From contig NIVC01000995.1 of the NCBI GenBank assembly GCA_002269645.1, forward strand, positions 124,001 to 188,000: 64,000 bases of DNA, in the 5' to 3' direction. The notes under the pieces are model-generated. The model was given only the letters and a program-made list of their open reading frames with translations, had not been told where the DNA came from and searched no databases. The position numbers were made by a program, and so were the translations under genes. Position 1 is the stretch's first letter; each line of letters starts with the position of its first letter. Shown here in pieces: positions 25,801-39,316 of the stretch. This stretch comes from Macrostomum lignano (Eukaryota).

Positions 25801-28800
25801 CATGTATCATCTGAAACAACACATGATACATAAAACGCAAGCAAAACTCACCCGCAGTTTAAGCGGCGCCACAACAGACGCGTTGCCGTTCCACATGTCT
25901 TTGATTAGTTCGGCGTATCGTTCAGCCATGTGGCCTTTCATGCCCAACGGATTAGTGCTGCAAAATAAATAAAAGCACATTAGTAACTTATGCATAACAT
26001 TAATTGTAAGACAGTTTCAGTGTTTAACTGGCCACCCACCGGTTCAGCTCGTACAGGTGCAGGCCATCCTGAAAGTAGGCCGTCAATGTAGGCGTATTGC
26101 TAACGCACTGCAGAGCCGAATTCAGAAAGCAGGTATTGCCTAAATTGTTCAGCCCTGTGACGCCTCGCATCATTGAATTGCGCCTGCGGACCAGGGACCG
26201 GCTCTTCGCTAGCTCGGCCAGCTCCTCCGGCCATGTCAGATCCCGATTGCGCACCTCGAACAGCAGGCAGCCGCCAGTGTCTGGCAGGCCCAGCTCCTCT
26301 AGACAGGCGTTCTCAGCTTCCAGCGGCTCCAATTGGTGTCCGTCATCAAACACGCGCCATAATCGGAAATTCTCCTTAGCAACTGACATTCGCTGACTGA
26401 AAAATGTGTACAGCTGGCCAACCGTATGGCGCCGGCTGAAACAGGCCGAATGGCACAGCACCCGGCGCGGGATGGCGGCCGCGGCGGCGGCTGCATCGGC
26501 GCTGACACCAGCGGGAGGCGCGCCGGCGACAGCAGCGCCTGAGCCAGCCGCAGCCGAGGAGGAGCCACCGGGGACAACAGCAGATGCTGCCGCTGCCGCC
26601 GCCATAGCGGCCGAGGTTGGCAAAACGCCGGAGATGAATCGGCCAACGCTGGCCGCCCGGGCAACGGCGGAGGAGCCGGCAGCGCCAGCCGGAGCCGGCT
26701 GCTGGTGCTTGAGAATGCCGACGGAGATGGGGTAAAGCTCCAGGCTGCCGGAGTCTGTTACTAGGCGGGGCAGAGACGGGCCGCCGCCATACCAGGCCTG
26801 CAGGGCCCACCAGACCTTGTCTGGGAGCATTTGGAAGTCCTCGCCAGGTCGCAACGGGCCGCCGTCGGGTCCGCGACGTAGCAGGCCGCCTTCGTTAGTC
26901 AGAGACGGCGGCCGGCCGGGGCAGGGCGCCAGTAAAGGCGCGTTGTTGATGGCGCCGGGTTTAGGAGGCGGCGCTTTGACGCCAGCAACGCCAGACCCCG
27001 ATGATGAAGCTGAGACTCCGCTAATGGAGCCGGCGCCCACACTGCTAATTGAGGAAGTCTTCTGGTGCCGCTTTGGAGGCGCCGACTGCGACTGCGGCTG
27101 CTGCAGCTGCAGCGGATAGTGATGATGCTGGGGCGCGTCCGAATCGAAGCTGACATACTGTTGCCAGGCTGCCCACCAGGTAGGGTGCACCAGGTACCAG
27201 TTGTCGCCAGGCTGGAGTCCGCGCCGGCGCTCCCGGTTCACCCATTCGTACACAATGCGCTGCTCGTCCTGCCTGTACTGTGGCCGCAGGCCCAGAACTA
27301 CATGGCAAACCTGTACAGGTGCGAAATCAGCAATTCACATGAGACGGATAAATGCATGGGGAGAATAGGGCCCTACATGTTATTAAGATACGATTTATTA
27401 CGGAAAAGGACACATTGTACTCGTATAAAGCTGTTTTAAAGTTCTGGGCAAGGACTACTCAAGTAGGAGGATGGGAGACTCTGTTTCTTAGAAAAATACA
27501 CTACGGAGATAGGAAGCTTTCATTTTTCAATTTTAATAAGAAAAAGTGAAAACTTGCCATCTCTGCAGTGTATTTTTCGGCGAAAACCAGCCTCATAAAC
27601 ATTTTCTAAGAAACATAGTCTCCCATCCTTCTACTTGAGTAGTCTTTGGTTCTGGGAGTATCAAGTACTCGTAATTTATAATTCTTGACATCTCGGGAAA
27701 CCTCGAAGGATTTAACTGATTTGACAGGTAAAGTTTTGACCTAATTTTGAAATTTTGACAAGGCTAATGCTAAACCCCAGCCCTACCTGGTACAGCAGTC
27801 GCATAAGCGCATCGGACAGAGAGTTGCTTAACGACCACATTAGATATTCTTCAGTGCTGACCCGGCGCTCCTCGCTGTGCAACTGAAGCAGTTCGCCAGT
27901 CACCCGATTAACCAGATCGCTGTCTACCGAGTTTGACAATCCGCCACAGCTGTTCCCGTCCGAACTGGAGGCGGCGGCTCCCGACGATTGAACCGGAGCA
28001 GTCGTGGGCAATGTTGAGCAGTCGTCAACGCTGGTGTGACTCTGGGCCAATACGAATGCCCCAACCATGCGGCGAACGTCCTGCTGGTCCAAGTAGCCGT
28101 CTCTGTCCCGGTCGAACACCTTGAAGCAGACTGAGTTGGGCAGGGGGAGATAGGGTGCAGGTGCGATCTGGATATGAATAGCTGGACTGGGATTGTCTGG
28201 GTTGGTGCTCAAGTGGTATCCGGGTTGGTGCTCAAGGGGTATCCGGGTTGGTGCTCAAGGGGTATCCGAGTTGGTCCTCAAAGGTTGTCCGGATTGGTCC
28301 TCAAGTGGTATCCGGGTTGATTCTCATGTGTCTAGGTTGGTCCTAAAGTATATCTGGATTAGTCCTAAAGGGGTGTCCGGATAGGTCCTTATGATGTGTT
28401 TGAGTTGGTCCTCATGATGTGTCTGAGTTGGTCCTCATGATGTGTCTAGGTTTTTTGTCATGATGTGTCTGGCTTGGTCCTCGTGATGTCTGAGTTGATC
28501 CTCATGATGTGTCTGGGCTGGTCCTCATGATGTGTCTGGGCTGGTCCTTATGATGTGTCTGGGCTGGTCCTCATGATGTGTCTGGGCTGGTCCTCATGAT
28601 GTGTCTGGGCTGGTCCTCGTGATGTGTCTGGCTTGGTCCTCATGATGTGCCTGGGTTGGTCCTCATGTGTCTGGGCTGGTCCTCGTGATGTGTCTGGCTT
28701 GGTCCTCATGATGTGTCTGGGTTGGTCCTCATGATGTGTCTGGGTTGGTCCTCATGATGTGTCTGGGTTAGGTTGTCTGGTCGGGAAGCCACAGATTGAC

Positions 28801-31800
28801 TAAACCAACATGCTAAATTCTAGAAGTCGCAAAGCAAATTAGCAACTGAGAAGCATAATACATTTTTGTCGCTCAGTGATGGGCCCCCGGCAGCAGGCGG
28901 AAATACCGCAGGACATCTCCTTGAAGTCGATGTGGTCGTCATTATTCTCGTCGAATGCGGCAAAAAAGCCATCGACAATTTCGTCAGGAATTGGCGGCGA
29001 GACAAGGCGACGAAAAGTGATCAAGTCGAATCGACCGGACTGCGATACGCCTTTGAGCTGCCAGTAGCGCTTCTCAAGCTCTATGATGTCATTCTCGTCA
29101 ACTGAAAGCAAATAAAAAATATGCTGGTTTGAGGTTGCACGTCACAACTGACTTTAATCTAAAAAAAATTAAACATGCATAAGGTACAGAGAGCTAGTAA
29201 AATGGAATATTACCGACACAAAAATAAAAACACGCTTTTACGTACAATACAAACATGTTTACTAAAGTTTAATAATCTTACTGAAATGGCCACCTTGACA
29301 AAAGCAGAAGACCACAGTATACATAATAAACAATACATATATGAAAAAAAATATTACTAAAATAACAGAAATCCAAAAGCATTTAAAGTACAAATATACT
29401 TTAAAGTGCAAAGGCGATAAAATTACAAGCAGACAAAAGTGCAAGTACAATAAAATTACAACTCGTACTAAAGTGCAAAGGCGCTAAAATACAAACATAC
29501 CAAGGTACAAATACAATATCAGTATGTAAATACTAAATATCAAAGGCGGCAAAAGTACAAGGATACTAGAGTGCAAGTACAATAAAAGTGCAAATATACT
29601 AAAGTGCAAAGGCGCTAAAAATAAAAACATACCAAAGTTCAAGTACAATAATAGTATATTATACTCGTAAAATACTATATTGCTAAGGCGATAAAAGTAC
29701 AAGCAGACTAAAGTGCAAGTACAACAAAAGTACAAACAAGGTTAAAGTGCAAACAGCCCCAAGACTCACGGTGGGTAACGCCGGCCAGGATCTGATAGAA
29801 GCTAAGCGACTCTGAATCATCGGACAGTCGAACAACGCAGGGCTCCTTCAGCAGCCAGGTGGAGAAGGCGGTGACAGATTGGTGCTCAAGCAGCCACTTG
29901 GTGAACTGTTCCAGATTGGCCCGGTCCCGGTTCTTGAAGAGCTCCTGCAGTTCGGGTGGCGTGCGACCGTCCGTATCCTGAATGTGCGCCTCTAGCTGAG
30001 TCTTTTCAACGTGTGTCCCGTTTTCATTGCTGTACACGCAGAATAGAACTGTAGATAGCAATTGTTGGAATTCAATAATAAGAGCTGGCTTCCGTAAAAT
30101 AACTTTATCTAAAAAATATTCTGAAAGATAATAATCATAATTGATTACACCTGCCGCAATTGGGTTAGATGAGCAACCGACAGCTCAGCCGCAGCTATTG
30201 CGCGGTGCAACTGAAGGCTGCGTACGGCTGTTCAGTCTAAGGACTGCAATGGGGGGGGGTCGCCACACACACCTTCAATTACCCCAGCTAATGCTGGCAC
30301 CCATTTTACAGCTGGGTGAACTGAAGCAATGCAAGAGTTACATCATTATCTTATGACACAAATTGTGCCAGGGTGGGTCGAGAATCGAACCCCCAACCTA
30401 CAAGTAGTGAGTCCAACGCTCCAACCACTAGACTAAAAACCCCTAAAAGATAATATCTGTCTGATAATCAAAACACCCCAATTAGGCCTAGTTTTAAGCT
30501 TTCAATCAATTCAACAATGTAATGTATAATATGGTGTATTTAAAACTTGTTGTATTTTTATTGCTATTCATACTACTAATAGTATGACGCATAAATATCA
30601 TAACTTACAGCGCGTCTTCTCAGCCAGCCGTCCCCTGGTTAGCAGCACAAGGCCAACAAGCAGATCTTTGAATGTTAGTCCCGAACTGCTACTAGATAAG
30701 AAACTATAAATCTCCTGCAATAAACCAGAAGAAAACAATTGATGAAGTGAACGAATACATTTGGGTAAATATTATTCTAATAACACAACTTGCCTCAGCC
30801 AATTTATTTGGCACATTCTCGCCTAGCACCTCCTTCATGAACACCTTCTTGTTCATGTAGTCGCCGACAGACATAGTTTTGAAGGCCTCCTTCAGGCGTT
30901 TGAGCTCCGCCTCGGAAACTAAAAGTCAAGTAGGCTTTAATTTATGCTGACAAATGGTGGCACAGCGGTGGAGACAGAGGGGGCAGCTAGGTGGAATTAG
31001 GAGAGAATAAAGTGCAAAAGAGGAGCTATCTAGGGAGGGAGGTCAACTGTCCCTCCAGTAAAAAAATGATATTGTATTATATAGTATTCTAACATTCTAT
31101 GATTTATAGGGCTATAGTTTTATCTTCACTTTAAAGTTTTATAAAACTACAATAGACCTATTAAGCTATCTGATATGCTAATATAAACAGAATACTATTT
31201 ATAGAAAAAATTGCAAAAAGAGCCTATGCACAAAAACCCACCATACTTTGACAAAGTTATTGTTTTTTTAATACAAACAATAGGGTCATTCTACAAGTAA
31301 TAAACACTTTGAAAATATAAATTACAGATTATACTCAAACTAAAATAGCTATTAAAAATATACTATTTTATAAGAAATATCTATATATAAAATGCCTATT
31401 TATGACTCTCTATATTTCAAATAGCTAAATAAAGGTTTTTAGCTATTTTAGCTAAGCATTTGTTTTAATAAATGAGCTAAATCTACTACAAATCTACTCA
31501 AAACCATTCCAACTTTGACTATTACTACCTATAACTTTTAGACTTTGTCTTGAAGCTTTAACAAAGCAACAATAAAGATCTCTTTTTATTAAATGCATTA
31601 GTTAGGTTTTATTTTCATAGTATGACATTAAAGAAAGTTATAATTACTCAAAATAATTATGCTTTTGGAGGTAAAATATGCTAATTTATTTTTTAAATAG
31701 CATGATTAATAGCAATCATTAATAGCATGATTAATTCCAAAAAGATATAATATTTAATATTATGTTAGGTATATAAGTTTTTTGTTATAGTTTTTGTCTG

Positions 31801-32784
31801 CAAAAAGCTAATAGCTAATTGATTTTTTAACTATTTAATAACATTAAATGAAGCTCTAGTTCATTTTAACATTTTCAAGAATTTTTAATACAGTTTAAAA
31901 ATAAAAATATATATACTTCTACATGTATAGATGAGATAAAACTTTAAGTTTAAGCAAAGTTTTTCACCATAAAAATGATTGATTTAAATGCTTTTGAATC
32001 TTAAATTAATATGCAGTCTAATAAGGTCTTAAGAATAAAATGTACTGTTTATGTGTCAAGATATTTGTGAATTATTTCAATTGTAATATTATGCACATGA
32101 TCTAATATAATGACCCAACAATATTTTAGGGTATTAAAAATAGAATTTAGCAAAACATAGTTTTTTTCAAAATAACATTTATATTACATCATGAAAATCT
32201 ATTCTTGATTTTAGAATGTACTTGTTGGATTCTTATCTATAATACAATCTTTATCTTAGAATATCTTAGGTATAATAAGGTACAGAATAAAATATAAGAC
32301 GCAATAGGAAATACTTTATTATGAATTTTTTAAATCTATTAGACTAAAAATATTGCTAAAGCCAAGGGTAAAGCTGCAATCCTAATACTAAAGTAGTATA
32401 GTAGGTTAAGTATATTTTGAGTAAAGTTTTACAAAACAGAATATGATAATCTGACTAACTGGCAACCTAGATAGATAGCTAGAGAAATACCTTATTAATA
32501 CATAAGATTACCATTTCAAAAAAGTTAAATTGTTGAATGGTAAATAAAAATTATCAGGCCTATACCACTATATTATGTTAACAATGTTAATGTATTAAAG
32601 TAGAATGAAAGGAAGTTATATAATCAAATAAGGAAAAAAGGAAAAAGCTGCCATAACATAAATATTAAATTTAATAAATTAAATGCTTCGCCACATTTAG
32701 TATTTTCCATGGATATTTACCTCTTCTCTCAGCATCCTCATAGGAAAGTGAAAGTATTTGAAGTTTTGTGTTTCTATTCCCCAT
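19802..32784 (-). CDS. USP32: Ubiquitin carboxyl-terminal hydrolase 32 (EF-hands, DUSP, USP catalytic domain, C-terminal CaaX)
   Basis: 14 exons: 32721-32784, 30794-30918, 30609-30714, 29770-30048, 28862-29101, 27787-28130, 26040-27310, 25852-25957, 23325-23673, 22876-23027, 22343-22786, 21422-21733, 20441-20845, 19802-19975. Sum 4371 nt = 1456 aa + stop, all phases consistent. Motifs: [64 protein letters not shown], Cys box [25 protein letters not shown], His box [18 protein letters not shown]-terminal CSLQ. Confidence 0.95.
20025..20365. repeat. 20-bp minisatellite GAGAGAGTAGAGAGTGGACT
   Basis: Last USP32 intron. Confidence 0.9.
20950..21250. repeat. ~32-bp degenerate minisatellite GGACGCCTATATGAACACGGAACGGGTGCCAA
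   Basis: Direct inspection. Confidence 0.8.
21780..22318. repeat. 36-bp minisatellite CCGCTAATCCCTCATAACACCTGGGGAGTCAGTGGG
   Basis: About 15 units. Confidence 0.93.
23718..25812. repeat. 46-bp minisatellite containing ACATGA-A-TCATGT
   Basis: About 45 units filling one USP32 intron. Confidence 0.95.
27449..27648. mobile_element. 200-bp MITE with ~48-bp TIRs and 8-bp TSD (hAT- or P-like)
   Basis: CAAGGACTACTCAAGTAGGAGGATGGGAGACTCTGTTTCTTAGAAAA at the left is the near-perfect reverse complement of 27601-27648; GTTCTGGG flanks both sides (27441-27448, 27649-27656). Confidence 0.88.
28190..28770. repeat. 23-bp minisatellite GGTCCTCATGATGTGTCTGGGCT with a graded degenerate end
   Basis: Direct inspection. 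Confidence 0.88.
29380..29750. repeat. Degenerate A-rich repeat (AAAGTGCAAGTACAATAAAA / AAGGCGATAAAA)
   Basis: Direct inspection. Confidence 0.7.
30226..30443 (-). mobile_element. tRNA-derived SINE with CORE-like central domain, copy 1 (USP32 intron)
   Basis: A box TAGTCTAGTGG (30425-30435), B box GGTTCGATTCTC (30380-30391), then TTCAGTTCACCCAGCTGTAAAATGGGT; second copy at 46195-46346. Confidence 0.75.
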
Positions 32785-33503
32785 TTTTCTTAATTTTAAA
32801 CTTAATTGATCCTTCAATTCAATATAGCTATTTAAATTACAGGCTTAGATAAAGATGTTCACACATAGTATAGAGTTTCTATTCAGTAACTGTAAGTAAA
32901 GAACACGGATAACAATGTATGAGCTACATCAAAGAGCCGTGCTTCGCTTTCGGCCTCGGCTTTCGGCTACTTTTTTTTCTTAAATTTCTCTTATCTGTAA
33001 TTCTTTTTCCAAGATACAAAAAAAGCGACGCAGCGGAAAATCGTTTTAAATAATGTTTAAAAGCATAAAATCTATAAAAAATACTACTTTCTATTCTGAA
33101 ATTTGCTAAACTTTTATTATCTTATTATCAATGCACAAATAAATGCAAAAATGTTGTTAATTTTTACTACATAATCAACTCCGCAAATTTATTGCAATAT
33201 ATTTATACTTTTTTAGACCCGTCGAGTATATAAAGCTTTCTGATTTACAGTATATTTAATTTGTGGAGTCAAACTAGTTAAAGATTTTTTATTTTGTGCT
33301 TTTTCTGCCGCTACTAGGAGCAATCCATGTATAAAAGAAAATTTGAGCAATAAATTTACGAGGTCGTATGGTGTCATGGTTCTCATGGTAACCAGTGTAA
33401 AGACATGTACAGACATATAAAGAAAGTAAAACATGACACAAAACATGATTTTTTAAGCATGTGCAGGTTATACGTACATTTCAGCCCCAGCCCCAATTCC
33501 TGA

Positions 33504-35041
<1,538 letters not shown>

Positions 35042-35104
35042 TTACGTTCCTTGGCTCGTACCGAGAAGGAAAGTCTTCCCGAGAAGGCTCATTGTATTGC
35101 ATGT

Positions 35105-35400
35105 CCATATACATGGTAGTCCTTACAGGTAACACGTCCATACACATGGTATGTCCTTACAGGTAACACGTCCATACACATGGTATGTCCTTACAGGTAA
35201 CACGTCCATACACATGGTATGTCCTTACAGGTAACACGTCCATACACATTTTACAGTATGTACTTACAAGTAACATGTACATACAACATGGTACTGGTAT
35301 TTCCTTACAAATATCATGTCCATATAACATGTTTTGTCCTTACAGATAACATATCCTTACATGTACAGATAGCATGTCCTTACAGTTGGTATGTCGACAT
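35105..35400. repeat. 34-bp short tandem repeat CATGGTATGTCCTTACAGGTAACACGTCCATACA
   Basis: About 4 good units plus degenerate ones. Confidence 0.8.
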
Positions 35401-35666
35401 TACGCTATAGATGGTATGTCCTAACCCACGTCTGTAACCTGGACTATTTCTTGCAAGAATTATAAATCTAGTAAATATGATACCACGGTTTCCAATTAGC
35501 TATCGTTCGAAAATTTAGGATTGAAATAAAATAGCCTCGGCATCTTTTTGGGACAGTGTAATTTCTTCTAAACCGCAAAACAGAAAACAAAACGGAAGCA
35601 GAGGAGAAACCAAAAACTTTAAGGCTCCTTGAGCAGCATGCCGTACATGCATGCGCAGTTTCATCA

Positions 35667-36083
35667 TCAGTACGGAGGTGGATTGTCGGACGCTGGCGCT
35701 GGCGCACCGCTGCTGCTGCACTGACGCGACGTTGATGTCGTCTTGTCCGGCGCTGACGCAGACGACGAGTCAGACAGCTCTTCCTGACTAACGGGCTTCG
35801 AACACCTGTGCGACGGGCTGACTGTCTGAGCTACTCTAAGGTGCTGATTAGCCGCTGCCGCTGTTTTGCCTTGGGCCGTCAGAACCACCGGCGATTTGCC
35901 TATGGGAGGCGGTGACGTCTGCGGCGTCGCGGTTGTCAACGGAGCCCGGCACGCTGTTGCCGACGACTCGTCTAGTGAACCAGCCGACTCCTGCGGCCAG
36001 GACTCTTCGCGTGCCAGAATCGGCTCGTGATGGCGCTGCTTCTGTTGTTGCTGCTTTTTGTCCGGCTTCTCCGTAGCGCTCAT
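35667..36083 (-). CDS. Orphan 138-aa Ser/Ala/Thr-rich ORF ending in NPPPY (PPxY)
   Basis: GC-rich open frame within a lower-GC neighbourhood, with composition like the low-complexity exons of neighbouring genes; AG acceptor-like site just upstream of the ATG; no recognised domain. Confidence 0.45.
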   Translation of the reverse strand: MSATEKPDKKQQQQKQRHHEPILAREESWPQESAGSLDESSATACRAPLTTATPQTSPPPIGKSPVVLTAQGKTAAAANQHLRVAQTVSPSHRCSKPVSQEELSDSSSASAPDKTTSTSRQCSSSGAPAPASDNPPPY

Positions 36084-37020
36084 CTCGCATCTTACGATGA
36101 AGTGTAAGTAACGTTGTACGTTGTAGTTAGCCTAGATGAGTCCAAACGAAGCTGCAACTCCCAAGTAGCCCACCAGCGCGGATGTCTATGGTCGAATTTC
36201 ACCTATCCGAGCATTAAAGTTTTTAGTTTTATTTACGAGAATTGTATTCAAGACATTTTGTACTCGTATTTTGAAATAGAATATTTACCATAGACAGTGC
36301 CAGCATCTAATCGATGTTAACTCCAGTTATTGTTACATAGAATGCTTTTATTAAGATTTTCTATTTCTCTTGTGCCTATTTTGGGAGCTACTACGCGTCA
36401 CGATGTTTCATAGCGTTTCAGTCCTCTGTAGACGATCCATTTTGGTATAATAGGTTGTACGATTAGTCAGCCTAGACGCATGTTGAAACAACTGGAAAAG
36501 GCACGGCAACTCGTCCGCTGAGAATGTCTATGACCACCAAAAGACATTATTGATTCAGTACATAATCAGTGGGGACGAAATACTGTCTGTAGCTCGTACA
36601 AAAAAGAATAGATAGGCTTCTTTCCCGCGTTATTGGCACTCTAGTCTAAAGCACAGATTCTATATACCCCCAAGACCATAGACTGTAGCTTCTGCTGCTC
36701 CCAAGCATTTGCACTCGAGGAACACCACTTGAAAAGCTTTTGAAAACAGCGCAGGTTTGAAGTTCTATTTATTCAACTATCAGTGCGCATAACCTTTCTG
36801 CACACACTGCTATAGGAGATTCGCTTCAAATTCTTTCGATGCTACTCTTAAGTAGACAATTACCGTTAGCAATATTGCATCAGAGAATACGAGTATCTAA
36901 CCTAAGATGCGCTCGTATCAGCATCCATCTTTGACCTGTGGTATCTCAGATTTCCCCCTCGGTCTATGGCCTAACCCAAACCCCAATCCAAACTCTCCCT
37001 TTGATGCTCTAAGCAACTCC

Positions 37021-37520
37021 CAAGGATAACTTGATAACTGCCAACTTGACAACTTGGGTGAGTTCGCCACAACGCACCCAAACAATCGACGATGCGACAT
37101 TGCCACTATGCTCCAATCTGCTTTGCTTTACCTGATTAGCAGTATTATTCACTATTTATCATAGTCAGCTCTTGTCCCGTTCTGTAACTGTTATTTTCCT
37201 CTCTGTTTGTAGTTCAGATGAAGAAAGAATCGTACATTTTTCTCGAGTTTCCTTATACATGTGCTGCATGTACAGCTTTCCCATTGTGTATTTTCACGAT
37301 GTTTACTTTATGTAATAAAACTATTCAACATTTAAGAAAACCGACCCTGCACCCGCCTTCTGACTGCCTATCAAAAAGGCAAATATGATCCGAGTATACA
37401 TTGGCAACTGAAAGCATGCGCATACGGATGGGCCATAGAACAATGCTTTTAAACGAGCCTCATACTTTTTTTCGCCATGAATTGGCTCGTTTCCGGTCCT
37501 GAGTTATCAAGTTGTCCTTG
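37021..37520. mobile_element. 500-bp non-autonomous DNA transposon with 19-bp TIRs and 8-bp TSD
   Basis: CAAGGATAACTTGATAACT (37021-37039) vs AGTTATCAAGTTGTCCTTG (37502-37520), 18/19 match; GCAACTCC at 37013-37020 and 37521-37528. Confidence 0.82.
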
Positions 37521-37539
37521 GCAACTCCCCATTGGGTTT

Positions 37540-37750
37540 TAGCATCTCAGCAACACCCCCTGGGGCCCTAGCACCTCAGCAACTCCCCCTTGAGTCCTAG
37601 CACCTCAACAACTCCCCCTTGAGCCCTAGCACCTCAGCAACTCCCCCTTGAGTCCTAGCACCTCAGCAACTCCCCCTTGAGCCCTACTACCTCAGCAACC
37701 CCCCGAGCCCAATCGCCTCAGCAACCCCCATCTGAGCCCTAGCACTTCAA
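37540..37750. repeat. 29-bp minisatellite CCTAGCACCTCAGCAACTCCCCCTTGAGT
   Basis: About 6 units. Confidence 0.85.
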
Positions 37751-38054
37751 TAACCTCTTTCTAAAAGTGCACGAGGAATCAGAAAATGCAAACTTCATTT
37801 ACGGTAAATATCTGCCTGATAAATAAATAGCCCCACTTCAAAGAAAAGGCGCAACCTGACTCCCAACCGACTCAATATTGACTACAAGATAGATCTTTTT
37901 GTGATGAAAAAGACGATTGGGAGAAATGAACGAGAGAAATCGAAGAGCATCGCAGCAAATATTAAAATTCTCTCTTCGTGCTTTTAAAAGCTTATATTTC
38001 CTTCGGTAACAGAGCAGCATCTGGCTGGAATTCTTTTTTTGTGGATAAAGAGTA

Positions 38055-39022
38055 GAAAGGAGAGTAGAACAGAAAATAACAGAAAATAACAGAGTAGAAC
38101 AAAATAGAACAGAGTAGAACAGAGTAGAACAGAGTAGAACAGAGTAGAACAGAGTAGAACAGAGTAGAACAGAGTAGAACAGAGTAGAACAGAGTAGAAC
38201 AGAGTAGAACAGAGTAGACAGAGTAGAACAGAGTAGAGCAGAGTATAACAGAGTAGAATGGAGAGTAGAACAGAGTAGAACAGAGTATAACAGAGTATAA
38301 CAGAGTATAACAGAGTATAACAGAGTAGAACAGAGTAGAACAGATTAAAAAACAGTAGAACAGAGTAGAACAGATTAAAACAGAGTAGAACAGAGTAGAA
38401 CAGAGTAGAACAGAGTAGAACAGAGTAGAACAGAGTAGAACAAAATAGAACAGAGTAGAACAGAGTAGAACGGAGAGTAGAACAGAGTAGAGCAGAGTAG
38501 AACAGAGTAGAACAGAGTAGAGCAGAGTAGATCAGAGTAGAACAGAGTAGAACAGAGTAGAACAGAGTAGAACAGAGTAGAACAGAGTAGAACAGAGTAG
38601 AACAGAGTAGAACAGAGTAGAACAGAGTAGAACGGAGAGTAGAACAGAGTAGAACAGAGTAGAACAGAGAGTAGAACAGAGTAGAACAGAGAGTAGAGCA
38701 GAGTAAAACAGAGTAGAACAGAGTAGAACAGAGTAGAGCAGAGTAGAACGGAGCAGAGCAGAGTAGAACAGAGTAGAACAGAGTAGAGCAGAGTAGAACA
38801 GAGTAGAACGGAGCAGAGCAGAGTAGAACAGAGTAGAGCAGAGTAGAACAGAGTAGAGCAGAGTAGAACAGAGTAGAGCAGAGTAGAGCAGAGTAGAACA
38901 GAGTAGAACAGAGTAGAACAGAGTAGAACAGAGTAGAACAGAGTAGAACAGAGTAGAACAGAGTAGAACAGAGTAGAGCAGAGTAGAGCAGAGTAGAACA
39001 GAGTAGAACGGAGCAGAGCAGA
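38055..39022. repeat. 10-bp minisatellite AGAGTAGAAC
   Basis: About 95 units. Confidence 0.95.
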
Positions 39023-39316
39023 GTTGTGTAGAGCAGAGCTCATCTCATATCAATCATTGGGTCATCCCTATTTTATGAATGAGAAGCACACGCATTCAGC
39101 TAAAATCAATGAAGCCTCTCCATTGGCTGCAACTTCCCGGGCCGATCACAGCACATACTGCAGTGTACTTGTACAAGTTAACCATCTATTAAGCCTATAT
39201 CTCACATTGGAATTAGGAATCGAATAGCCTAGTTTAGTGCATCCTCAACTGAGCTCGTCTCAAACTCAGACTATAGCTATAACTGCTCAAACTAAAGTGC
39301 AACAGTGAGCATTGAT

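Noticed and set aside
26097-27439. Several overlapping ORFs antisense to or frameshifted within the large USP32 exon (similarly 4835-5870 and 58121-59128)
   Set aside because: Shadow ORFs expected in GC-rich coding sequence
30370-30443. Possible tRNA genes (also 8334-8410 and 46300-46346)
   Set aside because: A/B boxes are present but no complete cloverleaf is evident and they continue into repeat bodies; interpreted as SINE heads
35641-35675. Hammerhead-like CTGATGA-T-GAAAC flanked by CCGTAC/GTACGG on the - strand
   Set aside because: No stem II between CUGAUGA and GAAA, and the stem I register does not fit the core; the motif overlaps a stop codon and is likely chance
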